Source: Mobula hypostoma
Taxonomy: Eukaryota
Assembly: GCF_963921235.1 (NCBI RefSeq)
Contig: NC_086108.1
Span: forward strand, 48,982,001-49,046,000
DNA length: 64,000 nt
Direction of reading: 5' to 3'
The notes beneath the pieces are model-generated. The model was not told the DNA's origin. It saw only the letters and a list, made by a program, of their open reading frames with translations, and did no database searches. The position numbers and the translations under genes are program-made. How positions within the stretch are numbered: the first letter of the stretch is position 1; each line of letters begins with the position of its first letter. Shown here piece by piece: positions 12,593 to 24,802 of the stretch.

Positions 12593-13249
12593 GTACATTT
12601 ATATTTTTTAATCTTTTAAAATCTAGATTGCTTATGTAACTATTAAATGTAGTGTGTTACTCATGACATGGAAAAAAAGAGTCTATACCACTTTTAGCAC
12701 ACTGTTGCCAGGTTGTTTGTTCATTCTAGTTGGTGCTCTTACAAAATACATTTTTTAAATATCAGGAATCATAGAGCATAATATAATTAAATTTGCTCAT
12801 TATGTGAGGACAGCTATTAAATAGTCTTGATGGAATGCACTGGAGGCAAGCACTAAGTGAATACTTTTAGCCTGTCATATAATGCTAATTCTTAAAAAAA
12901 AATCATAGGATCTTAAAACTTGGGTGTGTCAGTTTGGTCTATTAATTTTAGGCCAATACTTCAAAGAATTATTGAAAGAGCCACATATTTGTCTCCCTTG
13001 CAGCAGAAACAATATTTTGCCTTTAGATTAAAAAAAATCCTTTTGAGGTTTGAACATTAAGTTTTCTTACTTCAACCTTCCAGGCTGATCTTCTGAACTA
13101 GGGCAACCTTTGCATATAAACTCCACATTCTTTCATTCGTTTAACATTCATAGATCTATCTCCTGTCTTTAATATTCTCAATGAGAACTGACAGAACTGC
13201 TAAGATTCACTACCTTCTGTCTGACCTGAATGGCAGACTTTTATATTGT

Positions 13250-13331
13250 AAACACAAGAGATTCAGCAGATGCTGGAAATCTTGAGCAACATATTCAAAG
13301 TACTGGAAAAACTCAGTAAATCAGGCAGCAT
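13250..13331 (+). mobile_element. 82-bp Penelope-terminus insertion with a 12-bp target-site duplication
   Basis: aaacacaagagattcagcagatgctggaaat..., flanked by cttttatattgt at 13238-13249 and 13332-13343. Confidence 0.7.
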
Positions 13332-13470
13332 CTTTTATATTGTGATTTCAAGCCAGGTTCATGCCAGCTGATACTTTCTTGATTTGATATTGTTTAGGAG
13401 GGAACATGTGTTTTTTTAAACAAATACAGTTTGAATATTGAACAAAATTTTCTCCCTTCTTTCTAAATAG

Positions 13471-13700
13471 AATGTCTGATGACACAGGTATTTAACAATA
13501 CCGGACCAGATAATAATCTTGATCTGGTTATTTCGCTTCTGTGTTTTGGACTGTATCCTAATGTCTGCTACCACAAGGAAAAGCGGAAAATATTAACAAC
13601 AGAGGGCCGTAATGCACTTATCCACAAGTCTTCTGTCAATTGTCCTTTCAGCAATCAAGATTCAAAATATCCTTCTCCGTTCTTTGTGTTTGGGGAAAAG
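13471..13700 (+). CDS. DHX9: DHX9 internal exon, OB-fold region
   Basis: pyrimidine tract plus aaatag acceptor, gtgagt donor; CLMTQVFNNTGPDNNLDLVISLLCFGLYPNVCYHKEKRKILTTEGRNALIHKSSVNCPFSNQDSKYPSPFFVFGEK. Confidence 0.96.
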
Positions 13701-14789
13701 GTGAGTAACACAACTGAGCATTTCTCATTGTCCTGAGCAAGATGTATAGCTAGTTTAGACTCAGGTCATAATTTCACATTCAGATTCATTACTACCATAT
13801 TCCTTAATTCTTTTCGTAGAATATTCGAGATAACTTGGTGGCGGGGGGGGGGGGGTTGAAAATTGTGGACTAAATTTATTTTTTTTTATTCTCCACTTTC
13901 CAACTTACCCTCTTTCACCACAATCCCCAGCCCAGCTATTATCTAATTCTAATCCTCATTAAAATGAGGTAAGGTGTAATTTAGAAAGCATACTTTTAAT
14001 GTATAAGGAATGGTCAATTTTTGACATCCATTGGTTCATATACTGTAGTTAGCTTTTCTCCAAGAATGCAGTGATCCTTAAGGAATGTTGAACAGTTAAA
14101 ACTGAAGAATTCTGATCACATTAATCTAGCCATGGAACTTACTGACTGTTGTGCAACAGGGATATCCTGTGCAGAAACAATTGATCACATGGATTGAGAG
14201 ATTATTGACTTCAGTAAAATCAATTAACTAGTTGCTATGCATGTTGAACAAAATTTAAGATTAGATTTATTTTAAATTGAGTATTACAGGGGATATTGTT
14301 TTCCCCATTTGCTTTGAATTCTCCTTTCAGCTTTAAGAAACTCCAAGGCAGCATGATTCCTTGATTCTTAGATAAGTTGGATTGCATGTTTAATTGAATC
14401 TAATCATGCAGTTGGATGCAAAAGTTCCTTCCTTGTCTGTTTGAGAAAGCTGCAGTCCAGTCACATTCTAAGTGTTAAATACAAGTGTTCCAAGATGAAG
14501 AAGCAGACAATGTGAATAAACTGAATCGTCTTTGAACAGTGTTCAAGAATTTCTTCCTGTCTCACCGAAGTTAGTGGGCTTTGAAACTGGATGCTACTTT
14601 AATACTGATTCTGAATTTGTTACACCAGATACAGTTACAGTCTTTGTGGGACAATACTATTTATAGCTACAATTATTTATTTATATATATTATAATTTTT
14701 TTTTCTCTTTTATTCTTTTAAGTAAAGTGTTTGGGAAAATCAGTGGATATTTAGATTACTTGGGTATGTGATTCTTTATTATTCTTCAG

Positions 14790-14905
14790 ATCCGAACCCG
14801 TGCTGTATCTGCAAAGGCAATGACTTTAGTTAGTCCACTCCAACTGCTGTTTTATGGTTCAAAGAAGGTGACAGGAAATGGTGATATTATTTTGATGGAT
14901 GAATG
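14790..14905 (+). CDS. DHX9: DHX9 internal exon
   Basis: ttcttcag acceptor, gtaaga donor; IRTRAVSAKAMTLVSPLQLLFYGSKKVTGNGDIILMDE(W). Confidence 0.94.
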
Positions 14906-15102
14906 GTAAGAAACTTTAAAGCTTCACTTTAAAGCTCAGTTTAAGGTGAATAACAAATTGGTGTTTTTGAATGTTTCAACATGATACTTGATGGAATATT
15001 ATTTACAGTTTTCTGTTTTCAAGATATGTGTTTTACTAGTGATCTCAGCAATACTTTGCCCATCCCAGTGCCCTTGAGTTGATGACAAGTCACAAGCTTA
15101 GT

Positions 15103-15358
15103 CCCTCCCAGCGTGTTGCACCAGTCAGCCTTTCTTGGCTGGTGCGTAGTGTCAGGATTGGTCTCCTTTCAGATTAACCAGGTCACAATATGAACGTTCC
15201 TGACTCGACCCTTTTTTTTTTATGAGGCCGAGTGGCTAGCTCGATGCTCAACCCGGCACAGATGGAAAGCTTGCTTGGGGGGTGGCCCAACTTGGATTCG
15301 AACTCAGGAGCCTTCGCTCTGAGGTCCGGCGCTAACGCCACTACACCACCAGCTGACC
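15103..15358 (-). mobile_element. tRNA-derived SINE
   Basis: Minus strand has A box TGGTGTAGTGG, B box GAGTTCGAATCC and an internal A-run (15212-15221); candidate target-site duplication acaagctYagt at 15092-15102 and 15360-15370. Confidence 0.75.
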
Positions 15359-15479
15359 TACAAGCTCAGTGATGGTGAAGTTACTCCATTAGTGTTTTGA
15401 AGATCTAGGAATGATGAAGCCTTTCCAAGATAGGATTGCATCTACTTGAAAGGTGATAGCATTCCCATGTTTTTGTGCA

Positions 15480-15963
15480 GGAGAAGGCATTTAAATGATG
15501 CAAAAAGACTAAATAAACTCATCAAAAAGGCTGGATTTGTCCTTGGCTACAGTGGTGGAATGGAGGTCACTAAACAAACTGTTATCCATTATGGACAATT
15601 AGGCACATCCTCTCCATGACCTCCTGGATAAGCAGCAGAGCACCCTTTCAAACAGGCTCATTCAGCTCCGCTGTCACAAGGATCGTTACAGAAAATCTTT
15701 CCTACCAGATTCAATCAGCATATACAACAGTTCACCTCTGTGCAACAGGAGAACACACATTATAGTACAATAGTCTCTGTTTTATTATTTCGTATATGAT
15801 TATTGCTCAGTACTGCACATTGCTAAATTATTATTGTGTATATCATTATTCTGTATTTTATTATTAGTTAATATTATATTATTAATTAGTATTGCTAAAT
15901 GTGTTGTTAAATGCTGCTGCTGTAACAAGATAATTTCCCACCAGGGAACAATAAAATACTTAT
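15480..15963 (+). mobile_element. Rex1/Babar-type LINE 3' fragment
   Basis: Encodes DAKRLNKLIKKAG..IMDN..HPLH..RYRKSFLP, similar to the 21243-21917 protein; ends gaacaataaaatactt. Confidence 0.7.
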
Positions 15964-16822
15964 TAAGAGCATATATGAATGTTATAAATTTCAGTAAGGT
16001 AATGTCAGGTTGCTTTTGACTTGTTTTATTGGCAGCCCTCCCAGTGTTCCCAAATGGTTTCTCTCTCTGGACTTGCTGAGTGTTTCCAGAAAATTCTATC
16101 TTTGGTTTTCAAAGTCAAAGTTCAGTTTATTGTCATATACACAAGAACATGCGTGCACAGATGCAATGATAACTTACTTGCAACAGCATAACAGGCATAT
16201 ACAGTAGCATATAAGCATCATTCACAGGAAAAACAGAAATCAGTAATAAATTATTTTACAAGAAAACACAATTAGACCAAAAACAAAAGTCCGTTTTAGT
16301 GCAAGTTGGTCAAAGTGTTCATAGCATTGCTAAACTGTAGTTATTAGGGTTTTGCTGCTGGTTCAAGAACCAAATGGTTGAAAGTAGCTGTTCTTGAACC
16401 TGGTGGTGAGGGAGTTAAGACTTCTGTACCTTCTGCCCGAAGGTAGCTGCGAATTGACAGCATGGGCCAGGTGGTGGGAAGATTTGATGTTGCAATCTTG
16501 GGGCAGTGTCCCCTTTAGACACTACCAGTGGTGGAGAGAGAAGTGCATGTGATGTCCTTTTTTTCCTTTAAGATGACAGTACTCTCAAACGTGGCAGCTT
16601 TTATGGGACCAACTAAAGGTGTTACTGTCTTTTAAACATTTTTTTTAAATGATCACAATACTCTTCTGAATGTTAAGAACTTCAAACACTGCAGATCTAC
16701 CCCATCAGTGAGTTGCTCATTGGTGGAGGAGCTGGACTTGCTGCAGTCTTAACAGCGAGTGATTGTCTTGGATGTTTTTTTTGTGATCACAAAACCCTGT
16801 TGGACATATATAATGTAGAGTA

Positions 16823-17802
16823 CACTCAGGTCCCACATAACGCTACCCTGCATAGCACTGATTCGCTACAACGTGGTTATTCAATTTTTTATTGAAATAT
16901 TTTTAAATGACGGAAGTTCATTCTAAACAACACACAGAACTTTTCAAGACAGTAAACATTCAGTCAGACAATGAGAGTGCTTTACATACGCTCTGAGTCA
17001 CTCACAGCCAATTATGTATTAGTTCACGCTCTGCCTTCCCCACATGTGTAAACATTCTTGCTCCCTTGCCAATTTATTCTATTTTTTTTCCCACCTATAA
17101 TGTCTGGAAAATGGTCTACCCAGTGAGGGTAGTACATCTAAGATATCTAGGAAAAGCATTAGCATGGATGTGAAACTGCAAATGATACGGCGTAAGGATG
17201 TTAATGATGGCAATGTTGAAGAGTTACTGCATTCTCTTGGTGAAAGCCTTAATAACAAAGAGCTTCAAGGATTGACAGAGCAACAAATCCTGGTTGAATC
17301 TGAGGACACGGATGGAAGAAGAGGAAACACCAGCAAAAAAAAACCTCACCATAAAATTCCTCAGCACTAGCATCACCAATCATGGACTGGTTCATTGATA
17401 ACAGTCCTGACCGGGAGTGAAGCAACAAGGCAAAGAGAGGTGTTCTTGAAATAATTTCTGCTACTGAAAACTGCTTTGTGAGAGGAAACAAGTAAAGGTA
17501 GTCAAATCTTGATGCCTACTTGAAGAAGAAGCCGAAGTTAGAGGAAGAGCCACAGCCTGGTCCCTCCTCTAAGGTGCAACCACCACCTGCTTCCCTCTGC
17601 TGCTGCAAGTCAGGCCCATTTGCATGTTTGTTACTCCACGAATTACTGTGTATACATAAAATAATACATATCTCGGGTTTGATTTTTTAAAAATCAGACA
17701 TGTGTCCGTTTGCTTAATGTCATAATGACCCCGCATAGCACTGATTTACATAGCGCTCCACCTCTGAAGAATGCATCCTCAGTGATAAGCAGGGTTTGAG
17801 TG
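16823..17802 (+). mobile_element. Internally deleted Tigger-like DNA transposon
   Basis: TA|cactcaggtccc ... gggtttgagtg|TA imperfect inverted termini; N-terminal RKSISMDVKLQMIRR fused directly to the Tigger-type C-terminal DVNDGNVEELLHSLGESLNNKEL. Confidence 0.7.
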
Positions 17803-18129
17803 TACTACACGTCTAGTTCACTGGTTAATTGTCAAGACTGATGCTAGGGAAGCTGCGAGGCCTCATGTTATGGTGTCACCTGTTTCAACCACCCAGCAAG
17901 TGTGGCACGGCATCCATGTTGGATTGGGGGACGGGTTGTCAGTGTTCGTTTGGCGGAAACAAGCTGCGGACTTGTTTTAGGTGACAACATTCATGGACTC
18001 AGTCTTGGCACACACTTGGACTTTGTGTGTGACTGCATGCTTACTGCTATTTTATATGTGTTATATATGTCTTGTACTGTATATGACTGTTGGTATTGTG
18101 CTTTGCTTTGCTTTGTTCTTCAACACGAA

Positions 18130-18294
18130 GAAACTCAACACAGTGGCATAGAAACCCCACCGCCAACTAGCGTTTTGGCGGTGAATTGCAGAGCGACACA
18201 GACACACCAACGCACAAGTATAAATGCTCACAATGGCGTAGGCCACTTGTGTAGGCTACGGCGTAAGCTAGTATGCACAAATATAAATCAGCCT
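18130..18294. mobile_element. Possible Harbinger-type MITE end fragment
   Basis: CpG-rich patch ending tataaatcagcct|ttaa, resembling recalled Harbinger termini; the other end was not identified. Confidence 0.3.
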
Positions 18295-18904
18295 TTAATC
18301 TTTCCAGTTTAACTTGTCCTTGATTTATGCATTTACATTCCAAATCTCTTTGATCAGTGTGGCTCTTTCAGAATTATGCTGTCTAGTGAATAGTTGTTCC
18401 CTTCATCTTTCTCATGGAAATGAGACACCCTGTTCATCTGAAATAAGTTTTATTTGCTCTTTGCCCATCTGTTCCACTAACCAGACTATATGTTATTGAA
18501 GTCAATTACTAGCCTCAGCACAGTACACAACACTTCCAAGTTTTATGTCATTGCAGTTTTTGGAATTAGTCTGGATATATCTTGACTGAATCTATTAGAA
18601 ATATGTAGAGGTTATAGTTCCAATACCAGGAGGAATACTACTGTTCATTTCAATCTAGTCCAAAACAATGCTCTTTGCCAATAGCCTTTGTTCCTAATTA
18701 CTACTTTTTTTTTTATTATTCTCACTGCTTAATGCTCTGCCATGGGCTTCAGATTTTTTTATAAGCCAATTATGTATCACTTTCTCAAACAACTTTTGAT
18801 TCCATTTACGTTATATGAACTGCACTTCCTGCTTGTCCCTCTCTGGTTTGTCACCATTTTTTCCCCACTTATATAATCTTGCACCTGGGATTCAGTTATT
18901 TTTT

Positions 18905-19150
18905 TAGAGATACAACACAGAACATATCCTTCTAGCCTATTCTGCCCCACCACCCAGCAACCACGGATTTAACCCTAGCCTCATCACAGGGCAATTTACA
19001 ATGACCAATTAACCTACTAACCGGTGTGTCTGGACTGTGGAGGGAGCCCATATTTCATGCGGCGGACATGAAAACTCCTTGCAGAGACACCAGGATTGAA
19101 CTCTGAACTCTGATGTCCTGAGCTGTAATAGGGTGGTGCGCTACCATGTC
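18905..19150 (-). mobile_element. HE1/V-SINE-like SINE
   Basis: Similar to 7330-7612 (tttaaccctagcct, aacctactaaccgg, ggattgaactctgaactctga). Confidence 0.65.
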
Positions 19151-19512
19151 TTTGTTGTACAGTTTAATCCATTCAGTGATAATAAAATGGACCTTTGAAT
19201 TTTATCCAGTATACAATCAGATACTCACCTTATCAGATAAAATCTGTACGTTACATTGTAAGTTATGCCATATTCTTTAACTTGTTCTTCTCAAAAGATC
19301 TCCATTCCATGTCAAGCTTAGCCATCTTAGAAAGGCTGTAAAGCAATAGTTTTATGATTTCTCTTTTTTGCAGCAAGACTTGTTTCCTGTAAATCAGTGC
19401 AGTTGTTGTATGATTGTTTCCCAGGAGGGCGGCTGAGAGCAACCATACCACTTTGATTCTTTTTGTGTTGGTTGCTTGAAATACTTATGATATGATTATT
19501 TTTGCCTTGTAG

Positions 19513-19710
19513 GATAAAGTTGAAGATGTCACACTACGCTGCAGCTGCAATTGTTGCTTTGCGCGCAGGAATGGAGGCACTGGTTGTTGAAGTTGCTAAG
19601 GATCCTGAATTTGTACGGCATCTGGATCCCAAACATGAACGGTTGCTGAATGTGATTCGGCAGATTTCAAAACCTGGGGCAGCAGGCATTAACCTTATGG
19701 CAAACTCAAG
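19513..19710 (+). CDS. DHX9: DHX9 penultimate coding exon
   Basis: ccttgtag acceptor, gtaaac donor; IKLKMSHYAAAAIVALRAGMEALVVEVAKDPEFVRHLDPKHERLLNVIRQISKPGAAGINLMANS(R). Confidence 0.94.
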
Positions 19711-19749
19711 GTAAACTGCACTTAAAGTATTCAGAACACTCAGTGATCC

Positions 19750-19950
19750 AGCTGAACTGTTCCATAAACTGTTCCAGCTGCTACCATCCAGGAAACGGTA
19801 CCGCAGCAATAAAGCCAGGACCAACAGACTCTGCGACAGCTTCTTCCACCAGGTCATCAGACTGTTTAATTCACGCTGAGATAACAGACGGAGACATAAC
19901 GTAAAGATTTTTACTCCTCACGTATGTGGGGGATGTAAGAAATAGTCAGT
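19750..19950 (+). mobile_element. Short Rex1/Babar-type 3' fragment
   Basis: Encodes LFQLLPSRKRYRSNKARTNRLCDSFFHQVIRLFN, a typical C-terminus of this clade. Confidence 0.65.
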
Positions 19951-20107
19951 TCAGTTATATGAAGTTCCAGTGCTCTCAGAGCACTCTCATTAATTAGCAT
20001 TCATAAACTGATCAATGTGAATTCTAATGCTTCAATGCCAAGCTTTCAGAAAAATTCTCAGAAGGCTGTATAAAGAGGGAACTGTTAGTTACTAACCAAC
20101 CACCATA

Positions 20108-22570
20108 TAAATTGTGATCACTGGTTCCTAAGGGTTTCTTTACCTTAAGCTCCCTAATCGCCTCTGGTGCATTACATAACACCCAGTCCAGTATAGCTGA
20201 ACCCCTAGTAGGCTCAATGACAAACTGCTCTAAAAAGCCATCTCTTAGACATTCAACAAACTCACTCTCTTGAGATCCATTACCAACTTGATTTTCCCAA
20301 TCGACCTGCATGTTAAAATCTCTCATGACTACCATAACATTGCCCTTTTGACATGTCTTTTCTATTTCCTGTTGTAATCTGTGGTTCACCTCCCAGCTAC
20401 TGTTGAGAGGCCTGTATATTACTGCCATCAGGGTCCTTTTACCCTTGCAGTTTCTTAACTCAACCCTCAAGGATTCAACATCTTCCGATCCTGTGTCACA
20501 TCTTCCTACTGATTTGATGCCATTCCTTACCAGTAGAGCCACACCACCCCCTCTGCCTATCTTCCTATCCCTCTGATATAATGTGTAACCTTGGACATTC
20601 CCAACTGCAACCATCCTTCAGCCACAATTCAGTGATAGCTGCAACATCATACCTGGCAATCTGTAGTGCAACCAGATCATCCACCTTATTTCTTATACGA
20701 TGCACATTTAGATACAACACCTTGAGTTGTATTTGCTATCCTTTCTGATTCTGCTTCCCTAATGATTTGATACTCAGCCTGTTAGCTGCAGCTAAGTCTC
20801 ATCACCTGCCTGCTCTACCTGGCAGTCTGCATGCTACCTTTACTTTTTTACCATCTGCCCTATCCTGAGTCCCTTCGCTCCAGTTCCTACTCTCCTGCCA
20901 AATTAGTTTAAATCCTTGCCAACAGGTCTAACAAACCTGCCCGCAAGAATATTGGTCCCCCTCGGCTTCAGGTGCAACTCGTCACTTTTGAACAGGTCAA
21001 ATCTCCCCCAGAAGAGATCCCAATGATCCAAGAACCTGAAACCCTGCCCCCTGCAACAGCTTCTCAGCCACGCATTTATTTGCCAAATATTCGGTTTCTA
21101 CTCATGGTCATAGTCATACTTTATTGATCCCGGGGGAAATTGGTTTTCATTACAGTTGCACCATAAATAATAAATAGTAATAAAATCATAAATAGTTAAA
21201 TAGTAATATGTAAATTATGCCAGAAATAAGTCCAGGACCAGCCTATTGGCTCAGGGTGTCTGACTCTCCAAGGGAGGAGTTGTAAAGTTTGATGGCCACA
21301 GGCAGGAATGACTTCCTATGACGTTCTGTGTTGCATCTCGGTGGAATGAGTCTCTGGCTGAATGTACTGCTGTGCACAACCAGTACATTATGTAGTGGAT
21401 GGGAGACATTGTCCAAGATGGCATGCAACTTGGACAGCATCCTTTTTTGAGACACCACCGTGAGAGAGTCCAGTTCCATCCCCACAACATCACTGGCCTT
21501 ACGAATGAGTTTGTTGATTCTGTTGGTGTCTGCTACCCTCAGCGTGCTGCCCCAACACACAACAGCAAACATGATCGCACTGGCCACCACAGACTCGTAG
21601 AACATCCTCAGCATCGTCCGGCAGATGTTAAAAGACGTCAGTCTCCTCAAAAATAGACGGCTCTGACCCTTCTTGTAGACAGCCTCAGTGTTCTTAGACC
21701 AGTCCATTTTATTGTCAATTCGTATCCCCAGGTATTTGTAATCCTCCACCATGTCCACCCTGACCTCCTGGATGGAAACAGGGGTCACCAGTACCTTAGC
21801 TCTCCTCAGGTCTACCACCAGCTCCTTAGTCTTTTTTACATTAAGCTGCAGATAATTCTGCTCACACCATGTGACAAAGTTTCCTACCGTAGCCCTGCCT
21901 CGTGCCACAGGCAGCAATCTGGAAATTACTACCCAGGAGGTCCTGTTCCTCAGCCTTCAACCTAGCTCTCTAAGTTCTCTTTTCAGGACCTCTTTGCTTT
22001 TCCTTCCTATGTCATTGGTACCAAATGCTACCCTTCCCTCTCCCAAAATGTTGCGGATGCGATCTGACATGTCCCTGACCCTGGTGCCTAGGAGGCAACA
22101 TGCCATCTGGGTGTCCACAGAATCTCCTGTCTGTTTCCCTCACTATTGAGTCCCCTGTCACTGTCGCTCCCATCTTCTCTCTTTTTCCCTTCTGCACCAT
22201 GGACCCATGCTCAGTGCCTGTAACCCAGTCGTCATGGCATTCTTCTGGGAGGTCATACCCCACAAAAGTATCCAAAGCGGTATACTATTGAGGGGAATGG
22301 CCACAGATGTGCTCTGCTCTAATTGCCTATTTCCATTTCTCCTGACAGTCATCCAGCTATGCGCTTCCTGCAACTTCAGGGTGACTACTTCCCTGTAGCT
22401 TTGATCAATTACTCCTTGCTCTCCTGTACAAGTCAAAGGTCATCCAGTTGCTGCTCCAGATCCCTAACACGTTCTTCAAGGAGCTGCAGCCGGATGCACT
22501 TTACGCAGATGTAGTTCACTGGGAGACTCTGGGTCTCACAGTTCTCTAACATCCGGCAGAAGAACACACC
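20108..22570 (-). mobile_element. CR1 5' portion (ORF1 zinc finger/esterase and endonuclease), interrupted by a Rex1 insertion
   Basis: YICVKC..LLEERVRDLEQQLDDL, VTGDSIVR, GTNILAGRF..DLN* and endonuclease motifs GGGVALLVR..IYRP..DFN..SDHN. Confidence 0.85.
21103..21896 (-). mobile_element. 5'-truncated Rex1/Babar-type LINE nested in CR1 ORF1
   Basis: ORF 21243-21917 LNVKKTKELVVDLRR..YKYLG..FYESVVASAIMFAVVCWG..HPLH..SFLPVAIKLYN; 3' end aataaagtatgactatgacc. Confidence 0.85.
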
Positions 22571-22764
22571 ACAGCCATTTAAATGGTACAGTAAGGCGGA
22601 TGAATCTTCCCCAATACTGTCAGCAGTACTGTGCAATATGTCCAAATAAACCATTTTCACCTATGTACATTTAGGCTGGGTAAGTTTCATTTATGTATTT
22701 GCCATAGATTTTCAGCCAAGTTTCTTGTTCATCAATGATTCCTGTTCCTCTCCTCCCCTCCCCC

Positions 22765-23023
22765 GGAATCGGGGTCATGTGAAGCCATGGGAGCAGGTTG
22801 TATGATCAGCTGGTGCATATCACGTCCTTCTTATGCGACCACTGACGAGGCCGACAGTTTCTGAAGAATACTGATAATGGTTGGGGTCACCCATCTTGTA
22901 ATGACTCTGTCCAGAAGAAGGCAGTGGTAAACCACTTTTGTAGAAAAATTTGCCAAGAACAATAATGGTCATAGAAACACTATGATCACTCATGTCATAC
23001 AACACGGCACATAAAGAACGAAC
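22765..23023 (+). mobile_element. RTE-related SINE or LINE 3' end
   Basis: gaagaaggcagtggtaaaccact..ttgccaagaac motif and a short-repeat tail (aagaacgaac), resembling RTE-partner SINE tails. Confidence 0.45.
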
Positions 23024-23754
23024 AAGCCACTTCTGTGTCTGAACATTCCAACTGAAAACCTATTTGGGCGGGCACTAAAGCTTGTCTATTGCTTTGCAAC
23101 TGATTAGCCTGTTAGTAGTTTTAAAAGATAAAGTGGTAAAGAAAACTTAAGAATTTTTTGGTTGGGTATGGGGATAAGTAAGTGTTGTATAGCTTCCCTA
23201 TCACCAAGCTTTGATAAGATAGTTCCTAAATTGTTTAGAAAATTAACTAAATGTGATAAATGTTGGTAATTTGAACATGAAAAGTTTGTTAGTCTGTTTT
23301 CATGCTGGTATTAAATACCAGAGAGGTTAAGAATCTTCTACTACAACTGTAGAATTCAGGATTAGGTGTGTTTGGTTGGACTGATTTACAAGACACTGAC
23401 AACTTAAGTTCAAGATTCTGCCAACTTTATTGTTACCAGTGTGCCAAAATTAATTTTAAGTTGTAAATATATTCTGAAATTTGTAATGAAGGTTAACAAG
23501 AATGGTAAACTAATTTTAAGTTTTCAGATTTCATGGTTGTGATGAGCTTCAGCATGAGGACTAGAATGCCAGTACGATTACAACAAGTTTCATTTTTTTC
23601 ATGAGCAATTTATATAATTAAATGGTATACCTTGGATTGAATAGAGAGAAGTATTAACTGGAAAAATTAGCAACTAAGTTGTGCAATTTGCATAATTTTT
23701 CCATACTGTTAATTTGACTAATGAAATTTACTATCTTAATTTTATTTCTTACAG

Positions 23755-24802
23755 ATTTGGTGATGGTCCTCGTCCTCCCAAGATGGCACGTTATGACAAT
23801 CAAGGATTTGGTGGAAGAGGGAGTGGTCGTGGTTCAGGTTATAGGGGAGGAGGAGGTTATGGTGGGTCCCGTGACAGTTATAGTTCTGGATATTTTTCTG
23901 GAGGGAGAGGAGGAGGTGGTGGATACAATAGCTACCAAAGTGGTAGTGGAGGATATGGTAGCTACCAAAGTGGTGGTGGAAGGGGAGGATATAGTGACTA
24001 CCAAAGTAAAGGTGGATATGGTGGTAAGCTGGATGGTGGTGGATTTGGTGCTAACAGGACTGATGGTGGATTTGGTGGTAGCCAGAGTGGTACTGGTGGA
24101 TTTGGTGGCCGTGGTGGTACTGGTGGATTTGGTGGTGGCCGTGGTGGTACTAGTGGGTTTGGTGGTAGCCGTGGTGGTACTGGTGGATATGGCGGTAGCC
24201 GTGGTGGTACTGGTGGATATGGTGGTAGCCAGGGTGGTGATGGTGGTGGATACGGTGGTAGCCTGGGTGGTGGTGGATATGGTGGTAGCCTGGGTGGTGG
24301 TGGATACAGTAGTAGCCTGGGTAGTGGTGGATATGGTGGGAACAAGAGTGGTGGTGGATTCAGTAGTAATCAGGATGGCGGTGGATATGGTGGTAACAGG
24401 AGTGGTGGATACAGTGGTAGCCAGGGTGGTGGTGGTTACAGTGGCAACAGGAGTGGTGGTTACAGTGGTAGCCAGGGTGGTGGTGGATACAGTAGTAGCC
24501 TGGGTGGTGGTGGATATGGTAGTAGCCAGGGTGGTGGATACGGTGGTAGCCAGGATGGTGGTGGATACGGTGGTAGCCTGGGTGGTGGTGGATACGGTGG
24601 TAGCCAGGATGGTGGTGGATATGGTGGTAGCCAGGGTGGTGGTGGTGGATATAGTGGTAGCCAGGGTGGTGGTGGTGGATACGGTGGTAGCCAGGGTGGT
24701 GGTGGTGGATACGGTGGTAACCGGAGTGGTGGTGGATACGGTGGTAACCGGAGTTTTGGGGCAGGTTATGGAGGAGGATATGAAGGCAAAGGTGTCTTCT
24801 AG
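23755..24802 (+). CDS. DHX9: DHX9 terminal coding exon: nuclear transport motif plus expanded RGG / Gly-Tyr-Ser low-complexity tail
   Basis: ttcttacag acceptor; [15 protein letters not shown] is the conserved DHX9 NLS-region motif, followed by about 330 aa of G/S/Y repeats up to TAG at 24800-24802. Confidence 0.93.

Noticed and set aside
15280..15358. Possible tRNA gene on the minus strand
   Set aside because: A and B boxes are present, but I could not form a convincing cloverleaf, and the sequence continues into a SINE body and A-run.
24240..24750. Regularly spaced repeats resembling a CRISPR array
   Set aside because: There are no unique spacers, the repeats are in-frame coding sequence, and the context is eukaryotic.
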